Sequence record: SRR20825019_1337
Strand: one strand, 5' to 3'
DNA length: 64,000 nt
Position numbers and translations under genes: made by a program. A model generated the notes under the pieces. The model had not been told where the DNA came from. It made no database searches and worked only from the letters and a program-made list of their open reading frames with translations. Below, piece by piece: positions 15,205 to 23,300 of this stretch (its first letter is position 1; every line of letters begins with the position of its first letter).

Positions 15205-16523
15205 TTGAAAAAGGAAATAAAAAGCTGATTCGCGGATGGGTGATGTACGACTGGGCAAACTCAGTGTACAACCTCGTAATTTCGTCTGCAATCTTCCCAA
15301 TATTTTATACGAATATAACGCATGATTTATATGTAGAACGTCTGGCAAAAGCTGGATTGGTCTATAAAGAGGGAAGTCCCGTAATGGTAGATTTCTTCGG
15401 TGCTGACATAGAAAGTCAAGTGCTTATTTCTTATGTGTTGAGTGCTTCTTTTTTGGTAGTTTCTTTTCTTTCCCCGTTGCTCTCTGGAGTAGCTGATTTT
15501 ATTGGAAACAAAAAGCGTTTCATGCAATTCTTTTGCTATTTGGGAGCATTTGCGTGTATGGGATTGTATTTCTTCAAAGCAAATGTTGAACTGGGATTAT
15601 TGTCTGTTTTCCTTGCTAGCATTGGATTCTGGAATAGTTTGGTGTTTTATAATGCGTATTTACCCGAAATAGCAGAACCAAAAGACCATGATAGAATTTC
15701 CGCTCGTGGATTTTCTATGGGATACATAGGAAGCATGGTTTTACTTGTGATTTGTTTGGCAATGATCATGCTAATAGATACTTCTTATACGAAGTATAGC
15801 TTCATTCTCGTTGGGCTCTGGTGGATTGGTTTTAGTCAAATTACTTACCGCGTTCTTCCCAATAATGTCTACAACAAGACCCGCGAAAAGGGATATGTTT
15901 GGAAAGGCTTTCGCGAATTACTGATTGTGTTTAAACAGTTTAGAAAAACGGTTCGTTTAAAGCGTTATTTAGCATCTTTTTTCTTCTTCAATACAGGTGT
16001 TCAAACGGTTATGCTTATGGCGGTGTACTTCGCAAAGAAGGAAGTTAACTGGGGCGAAGGTGGAGGAGACACTGGGCTTATTATTTCTATTTTATTGATT
16101 CAAATTTTAGGAGCTGTCGGCGCGTTTAGTATGTCAAGACTTTCGGGAAAAATAGGAAACATCCACACTTTGATGATCACAGTAACGATTTGGGTTGGTT
16201 TGTGCGTTTGTGCTTTCTTTATTTCAACTCCCGTTCAGTTTTACTTCCTGGCGTGTGGTGTTGGACTCGTAATGGGTGGAGTACAAGCAATTGCACGCTC
16301 AACGTACTCTAAATTCTTACCTGAAACAGAAGATCACGCTTCGTATTTCTCTTTCTACGATGTAACGGAGAAAATCGGAATCGTTCTTGGCACTTTCTTC
16401 TATGGATTAATGTACTCGCTTACAGGAGATTTACGAATGTCTGTCCTTTCCATTGCGTTCTTCTTTTGTGTTGGGTTGATTCTACTCTTCTTTGTACCAA
16501 AGGAAGAACGAGTAATAACTTAA
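15201..16523 (+). CDS. MFS transporter, UMF1/Atg22-like family
   Basis: WVMYDWANS, YNAYLPEIA...DRISARG; about 12 hydrophobic segments. Confidence 0.88.
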   Translation: MIEKGNKKLIRGWVMYDWANSVYNLVISSAIFPIFYTNITHDLYVERLAKAGLVYKEGSPVMVDFFGADIESQVLISYVLSASFLVVSFLSPLLSGVADFIGNKKRFMQFFCYLGAFACMGLYFFKANVELGLLSVFLASIGFWNSLVFYNAYLPEIAEPKDHDRISARGFSMGYIGSMVLLVICLAMIMLIDTSYTKYSFILVGLWWIGFSQITYRVLPNNVYNKTREKGYVWKGFRELLIVFKQFRKTVRLKRYLASFFFFNTGVQTVMLMAVYFAKKEVNWGEGGGDTGLIISILLIQILGAVGAFSMSRLSGKIGNIHTLMITVTIWVGLCVCAFFISTPVQFYFLACGVGLVMGGVQAIARSTYSKFLPETEDHASYFSFYDVTEKIGIVLGTFFYGLMYSLTGDLRMSVLSIAFFFCVGLILLFFVPKEERVIT

Positions 16524-16620
16524 CAATTCAAACTTTCTTTTTTAGGGGAAACCCTGAAATCATTCTATGCTAATTGTTTTATATTTAAGGTTTTAGAAAT
16601 TATAACCAAAAAACGTTACC

Positions 16621-16956
16621 ATGGAAGTTGAAGAAAAGTACAAAACCAGAGCCATTATCGCTCACATTACCCTCATTGGTTGGATTATAGCTCTCATTCA
16701 AAACGGCGAGGACAAGAATGAGTTCCCCAGTTTTTATATTCGGCAAATGCTTGGACTCGTGATATTGGGAATTGCTGGGCAAATTGCGGCAGTAATTTTA
16801 ATGTTTATTCCATTCCTTGGCTGGATTCTAGCATTAGGAATTTGGGGTGCAGTTGTTGGCGCATGGATTATGAGCTTAATAGGCTCGATTAATGGCAAAA
16901 AAGAACCGACTCCTTTTGTTGGACACATGTTCCAACAGTGGTTTAAGAGTATGTAA
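16621..16956 (+). CDS. Small membrane protein (DUF4870-like)
   Basis: AIIAHITLIGWIIA, FYIRQMLGL, NGKKEPTPFVG. Confidence 0.75.
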   Translation: MEVEEKYKTRAIIAHITLIGWIIALIQNGEDKNEFPSFYIRQMLGLVILGIAGQIAAVILMFIPFLGWILALGIWGAVVGAWIMSLIGSINGKKEPTPFVGHMFQQWFKSM

Positions 16957-16984
16957 TAGAACGCAAAAGAATACAGAATAATTG

Positions 16985-17008
16985 AAGCCTCCGATGTGAG
17001 GCTTTTTT
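16985..17008 (+). terminator. Intrinsic terminator
   Basis: AAGCCTC-CGATGT-GAGGCTT followed by T-tract, between convergent genes. Confidence 0.7.
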
Positions 17009-17036
17009 GCTTTTAAGAATTACTGAAAATGATGCC

Positions 17037-17777
17037 TTAGCCCTTTCCAAAAGGTTTGTTGAAAATTGTCTGAAGCATTTCGTATAATTCAGGATGCTTT
17101 GTTTCAAACAGTTCTGGACGCTCGAAAAAATATTCTCCTGCAACGGCTAAAAATTCACCGCGATTGGTTGCGCCGTAATCATCAATATCGCTTTTACTTG
17201 CTTTAATCCGTCGGATATTTTTATCCATTAAATCAATCCAAGGTAGCGCTTCGGTTTTCTTTATGAAGTGAACAGGAAGCCCGTCAACGGTGCCATCGGA
17301 TTTATCCATTAAATGAATAAACTCATGAACCGCCGTATTTCGTTTGTCTGAATCGTTCGAAAAACCATGATGAAGCGCTTTTTTAGAAATCATCATTTGA
17401 TCATTCATAAAACCTTCACCAACCATTCCGAGAATTGCCTTTTCTTTAGATCCGATCGTGAAATCCTCGTCGAAATGCTCAGGATAAACTAAAATTTCAT
17501 GCAAGTTATGGTACTTCCACTCAGGAAATGCGAAAATTGGGATAATTGCGCCCGCCGCAAGAAGCATCCGATCCTCATCGGTAATCTCCACCTTGATTCC
17601 TGTGATTTTCGTTGTGTCCAAAAACTCCATCATTCGATCTTTGAACTGTTTCCTTTGAACTGGATCCAAATGTCGATAAAAATGCACGCGATTGGTCAAG
17701 TCATCTTCCCATTCTGCGGGGAATGGAGGAGTAGGAGACAATTTCTTTTTACCGAAAAGCCAGCTTAAGAATGACAT
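17037..17777 (-). CDS. MtfA-like (peptidase M90) zinc-dependent peptidase
   Basis: ILVYP, NTAVHEFIHLMD (HExxH), YGATNRGEFLAVAGEYFFERP. Confidence 0.88.
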   Translation of the reverse strand: MSFLSWLFGKKKLSPTPPFPAEWEDDLTNRVHFYRHLDPVQRKQFKDRMMEFLDTTKITGIKVEITDEDRMLLAAGAIIPIFAFPEWKYHNLHEILVYPEHFDEDFTIGSKEKAILGMVGEGFMNDQMMISKKALHHGFSNDSDKRNTAVHEFIHLMDKSDGTVDGLPVHFIKKTEALPWIDLMDKNIRRIKASKSDIDDYGATNRGEFLAVAGEYFFERPELFETKHPELYEMLQTIFNKPFGKG

Positions 17778-17789
17778 TTTTTTGTTTTT

Positions 17790-17893
17790 GGGCGTTTTGT
17801 GCGCCTCCGCTGATGCTTTGGCGCGAACAATCAGGCTGTACGCTATATCTCTAACCAGAAAAGGTTAGAGGATGCCGCTTCCATCCTTAACGC
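17790..17893 (-). ncRNA. Multi-stem structured RNA / dispersed repeat (resembles Flavo-1-type Flavobacterial element)
   Basis: Closing GCGTT/AACGC pair with internal hairpins GGATG/CATCC, CTCTAACC/GGTTAGAG and GCGCC/GGCGC; family name is from memory and unverified. Confidence 0.55.
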
Positions 17894-17896
17894 AAA

Positions 17897-18985
17897 TTAT
17901 TTCTTGTAAAAAGGAAGTTTTACCACTTTCGCTTTCAACGCTTTGTCACGTACCATGATCATGATCTCGCTGTCGAGAGCTGAATGTGCAACGTCAACGT
18001 AGCCAAGTCCAACCGCAATTTTCATTGAAGGAGACATAGTTCCAGAAGTTACTTTTCCAATCACATTTCCTTGTGCGTCTTGAATCACATAATCGTGTCT
18101 TGGAATTCCACGGTCGATCATTTCAAAAGCAACCAGTTTTCGAGTAACTCCAGCTTCTTTTTGTTTAGTCAAAAAGTCCTTGTCGATGAAATCTGCTTCC
18201 TTGTTCAATTTTGTAATCCAACCCAATCCAGCTTCTAATGGAGAAGTTGTATCATCAATATCATTTCCGTACAAACAGAATCCCATTTCTAAACGAAGTG
18301 TATCTCTTGCAGCTAAACCAATTGGCTTAATCCCAAAAGAAGCTCCAGCTTCCATCACTTTATCAAACACTTGAACAACTTCACTGTTCTTGCAGTAAAT
18401 TTCAAATCCGCCGCTTCCAGTATAACCAGTTGCAGAGATAATTACGTGCTCAATTCCAGCGAAATCACCCACTTCAAAATGATAATAGCTAATAGCAGAA
18501 AGGTCAACCGAAGTCAGCGACTGCATCGCTTCTACCGCTTTAGGGCCTTGAATTGCCAATAATGAATAATCGTCTGAAAGATTTCTCATCTCAGCTCCGA
18601 AAGAATTATGCGATGAAATCCAATTCCAATCTTTCTCTATGTTCGACGCATTTACAACGAGCAAATACTGCTCTTCTTTCATGCGGTAAATAATCAAATC
18701 ATCAACAATTCCACCATTTCCATTCGGCATGCAACTATATTGAGCGCGCCCAATAGTTAACGTAGAAGCGTCGTTCGATGAAATCTTTTGAATCAAATCC
18801 AAAGCTGTTGGACCAGTCACCAAAAACTCACCCATGTGAGAAACATCAAACACCCCAACGCCATTTCTAACAGTTTCATGCTCAGCATTCACGCCTTCGT
18901 ATTGAACAGGCATATTAAATCCTGCAAATGGAACCATTTTAGCACCAAGTGCTACGTGTCTGTCGTTGAGTGTAATATTCTTCAT
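17897..18985 (-). CDS. gcvT: Glycine cleavage system aminomethyltransferase T
   Basis: [41 protein letters not shown]. Confidence 0.96.
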   Translation of the reverse strand: MKNITLNDRHVALGAKMVPFAGFNMPVQYEGVNAEHETVRNGVGVFDVSHMGEFLVTGPTALDLIQKISSNDASTLTIGRAQYSCMPNGNGGIVDDLIIYRMKEEQYLLVVNASNIEKDWNWISSHNSFGAEMRNLSDDYSLLAIQGPKAVEAMQSLTSVDLSAISYYHFEVGDFAGIEHVIISATGYTGSGGFEIYCKNSEVVQVFDKVMEAGASFGIKPIGLAARDTLRLEMGFCLYGNDIDDTTSPLEAGLGWITKLNKEADFIDKDFLTKQKEAGVTRKLVAFEMIDRGIPRHDYVIQDAQGNVIGKVTSGTMSPSMKIAVGLGYVDVAHSALDSEIMIMVRDKALKAKVVKLPFYKK

Positions 18986-19051
18986 GGAGTAAAAATTTGT
19001 CGCGAATTTAACAAAAAGTGCAGATATTACGAATCGCTTAAAATCATTTGA

Positions 19052-20185
19052 CTATTTATCAGTCATTAATTCTGCTAATTCTCTTCCAACCAAGCTCCCA
19101 ATAGCTACGCCCATGCCTCCTAATCGAACTCCACAATACAAATGTGATTTCAATTGTTTTACAATGGGTTGCTTGGTTTTCCCTACGCCCATAATTCCAG
19201 CCCATTGATGCGCGATCGTATGCGGTGTATTGGGTAGAATCACTGTTTTTAGTAAATGCATGAGGTGATCAATAATTTCAGGAGTTGTGACCATATCGGT
19301 AGTCGTTTCACCTTCCTTATCAATATTTCTTCCACCTCCGAAGAGAATCCTGTTGTCAATATTCCTAAAATAGTAATATCCAAATTGATAGTGGAACGTT
19401 CCTTTAATTTCCAATGCTGGAATTGGATCTGTAATAAGCACTTGAGCGCGAGCTGGCTGAACATCGTCTTCAGGAAGAAATTTAGACGCAAAACCATTTA
19501 CACAAAGCGCAATTTTCTCCGCAGTAAATGTTCCTTGATTCGTCAATACCTCACCCTTCGTATTATCAATGGAAATCACTTCCGTTCCAAAAAGCACCGC
19601 GATTCCCTCAGCGATTACTTTTTGATAGAATTTCTCATTCATTGACGCAGTGTCAATTTGCCCCTCTAGACGATTGTAAAAGCTTGTTTTAACCCCCGAA
19701 AAGCCACATCGATTCATGACTTCCTCATCTACCGAAAAAACATTCTTTTCCCCAGTTATTTCGTATAAACGCTCATTGTAATAGGGGAGTAAAGGAACAA
19801 TTGAATTAAAAATATCTTCCTCATTCTTAGTGATTAAATCCCAAGAACCATTTATTTCGAGTTTTAGATCTTCATCACCGATAGTTTCGCGCAAAGCAGA
19901 CAATCCTTGCCATCTTTTTTTTACCGTTTTCCAAACAGCTTCTTCACCAAAGTTTTGAATGTCATCATACAACTCAGTTGGACTCCCGAAACATGCAAAT
20001 CCAGCATTTTTTGAGCTCGCTCCACTCGGAAGAATTCCCCTCTCTAGAATCACAATTTTGGCTGATGGATGAAGCTTTTTAAGAGATAAAGCGGTACTGT
20101 ATCCAACAATTCCAGCTCCAACGATTAAAAAATCAATAGCGTGTAAATATTTTTTTTGTTCCCAGTAACTCCAATTATCAACCAT
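19052..20185 (-). CDS. FAD-dependent oxidoreductase (DAO/PuuB-like)
   Basis: IVGAGIVG, GASSKNAGF, C-terminal RLGGMGVA. Confidence 0.85.
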   Translation of the reverse strand: MVDNWSYWEQKKYLHAIDFLIVGAGIVGYSTALSLKKLHPSAKIVILERGILPSGASSKNAGFACFGSPTELYDDIQNFGEEAVWKTVKKRWQGLSALRETIGDEDLKLEINGSWDLITKNEEDIFNSIVPLLPYYNERLYEITGEKNVFSVDEEVMNRCGFSGVKTSFYNRLEGQIDTASMNEKFYQKVIAEGIAVLFGTEVISIDNTKGEVLTNQGTFTAEKIALCVNGFASKFLPEDDVQPARAQVLITDPIPALEIKGTFHYQFGYYYFRNIDNRILFGGGRNIDKEGETTTDMVTTPEIIDHLMHLLKTVILPNTPHTIAHQWAGIMGVGKTKQPIVKQLKSHLYCGVRLGGMGVAIGSLVGRELAELMTDK

Positions 20186-20264
20186 TTAGCGCCATTTTCT
20201 GTTCATGAAATCGAACAATTTTCATCATATTTGTAAAATATGTAAATCAAATTTAAACCAAATC

Positions 20265-20290
20265 TGTAACTGGTTGTACAGTGATACGTT
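20265..20290 (+). promoter_or_regulatory. Putative ECF-sigma promoter TGTAAC-N16-CGTT
   Basis: AAC-N16-CGT geometry, repeated at 47499-47520 and 60922-60947. Confidence 0.45.
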
Positions 20291-20304
20291 TAAATCATGC
20301 TGGT

Positions 20305-23300
20305 ATGAAGAATTTAGTTCTTATTGTCCTCTTATTGCTCTCTGGGATCACGTTTTCCCAAGATGCTGCTTTTGTGGTGCGTGGAGCAACGTTTAATCAA
20401 GATATTGGAAAGAAAGAAGGTGGCGTAAAAGTCGCGTTAGTTCAAGATGGTAAAGACATCGCTTCGACGGTTACCGCTTCCAATGGGAAATTTGCACTAA
20501 GCGGAGTTCCTGATTATACCAAACCGTTCTATGTCGTTTATTCTAAGTCTGGACTCGTTTCAAAACGAATGAAGTTCAATTTTAGCGCAATGAACCCAGA
20601 AGACACACCCGCAGGAAATGAACTGGATTTCTTGCCATCACTGGAAATTAACTTATTTAAGGATAGGCCAAATGTTGATTTTTCCTTCCTTAACTCAGAA
20701 GCCGTTGCCGATTTCTCATGGAATGTTAAGAAAATGCAACCCAATTTGGATGATGGCGCTGCGGCTGCAATGAGCAGAAGAATTGAACAATTGCTCATAG
20801 ACGCTGAAAAGAACAAAGCAGAAGCAGAAGCAAAATATCAAAAAGCAATTGCTGAGGCGGATGCTGCGTATGCAAAAAAAGACTACCAAGAAGCATTAGC
20901 GAAATACGAAGAATCACTCACTTACAAACCAGGAGAGAAATATCCATCAGACAAAATATTGGAGCTTGATGCATTGATTCAAGCGCAAAAACAAAAGGAG
21001 CTTGTTACACAACAGGCAGATTCGGAATACAACAACCTTATTTCTGCGGCCGATAACCTAAGAGATAAAGGTGACTTAGAAAAAGCAATCACAACCTACG
21101 AGCAGGCGATTGTAAAGAAAAATGAACAGTATCCAAAGGATCAAGTAACGAAGTTAAGGGCGCAGATTGAAGCCAAGAAAAAAGAAACAGAGAATCAAGC
21201 GAAGTATGATGAAGCGGTAAAAATGGCCGATGGATTCATGAAACAAAATAGTTTAAGAGCAGCACGAGATAAATACGAAGAAGCAAAGAAACTTAAACCT
21301 TCTGAGCAATATCCGAAAGATAAATTAGCTGAGATCGAAAAGAGCATGAAGGCTAAAGAAGATCAAGAGGCGATAAAACAACAATACAATGACGCCATCG
21401 CTGCCGGTGATGCTGCATTTTCGGCAGATGACTTTGAAACTGCCAAGAAGAAATACGAAGAAGCACTTGGATTTGAAGCTTCATCGACGTATGCCAAAGC
21501 ACGCGTGAAATTGTGTGATGAAAAACTCGCAGCTTCGAAGAAAGAAGCCGAAAGACTTGCCAAAATTGATGAACTCATCAAAAAAGGAAATGAAGAGTTT
21601 GAGAAAGACGAGCTAACTGCTGCCAAAACTTCTTTCACGGAAGTATTGACGTTGGACGCTGAGAATAAAATTGCGAAAGATAAATTAGCGCAAATCGATG
21701 TTAAACTAAAAGATGCAGAAGCACTAGCGAAAAAGCAAGCCGAGTTCGCAAAATTGGTTCAAGAAGGAGATGTGGCTGTAAAAGCAAGTAAGTTAGAAGA
21801 TGGATTGGCAAAATACCAAGCTGCAATAGCTTTGAAACCGTCTCCAGAAGTAGATACGAAAATTGCCGAAGTTCAAGCAAAAATCTCAGACAAAAAATCA
21901 GCTGCAGAGAAGGATGCGAAATACACTGAGTTAATGGCAGACGGTTCTGCAAAGTTGAAAGCGAATGATTTGGTTGCTGCAAAAGCTGCATTTCAAGAGG
22001 CTACAGCATTGAAACCAACGGAGCAACTCCCAAAAGATAAACTGGCAGAAATTCAAAAGTTAGAAGAAACTAACCTAGCCGCTAAGGAGAAGAAGGAGCA
22101 ATATGATCTATTGATCACGGAAGCAACGGCTCTGTTTGCCGCAAATGATTTAGCTGGAGCTAAAACCAAATTTCAAGAAGCTGGAAAAATTGATCCTTCG
22201 CAAAAGTTACCTGGAGAGAAAATTACAGAGATTGATGGACTCCTTGCGAATCAAAAAGCGAATCAAGAAAAAACAGAGAAGTACACTAAATTGATCGCAG
22301 ACGCAACAGCTCAGTTGACAGCAGGAGAATTGGATAAATCGAAAAAGACGTTCCAAGAGGCTGCAAAAACAGATCCAACTCAGACGCTTCCTGCTGAGAA
22401 AATTGCAGAAATTGATCTTCTTTTAGCAGCAAGACAACAAGAAGTTGAGCAATCTGCTAAGTATGATAAGCTAGTCGCTGACGGAACGAAGTTGATGACA
22501 TCCAAGGATTTGGAGGGTGCTAAGGCAAAGTTTGTTGAAGCGAGTGCGCTTAAACCTTCTGAACAACTTCCAAAAGATAAAATGGCTGAATTGGACGGTT
22601 TACTTTCTTCGAAACAGAAAGAGGAAAAATTGAATGCGGACTATACTAAGTTAATTGCCGATGGAACGGCCTTGATGACAGCGAACGATCTTACTGAAGC
22701 CAAAGCAAAGTTTACAGAAGCATCTGGATTAAAACCAAGTGAAAGCCTTCCGAAAGAGAAAATCAAGAAAATCGACGAGCTGATTGCTGCTAAAAATGCT
22801 CAGGAAAGCAAAGCTACTCAATACGCTAATTTAATTGAAGAAGGAAATACTAAGCTGGGAACCGACAATTTAACCGGAGCAAAAGCGGCGTTCGAAGCTG
22901 CGGAAAAAGTGGATCCTTCACAAGCACTTCCAGGACAAAAAATTGCGGAGATCAATAAAATGATCGCGGACCGTGAGGCTGCAAAAGGACTCGCTGAGAA
23001 ACAACAGGAATACACTGCCGCAATGACAGACGGTGAGCGTTTGGTAAACGAATCAAAGTTAGAAGACGCACTTAAGAAATTTAAAGAAGCTTCGGCAATT
23101 GATGGAACTCAAGCAGGAGCGAAGCAACGTGTTGCAGAAGTAGAGGCGTTGATTAATAAGAATAAGGACAATGCATCGCGACAAAAACAAATTGCCGAGT
23201 TATTAAAACAAGGTGCTGATTTGATGACACAAAAGAAACTCAATGATGCACTTGCGTCGTACAATCAAGTACTTGGACTAGATCCAGCAAATATTGAAGC

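Noticed and set aside
18986-19051. Glycine riboswitch upstream of gcvT
   Set aside because: Gap is only about 65 nt and lacks the GGAGA...CCGAAG core
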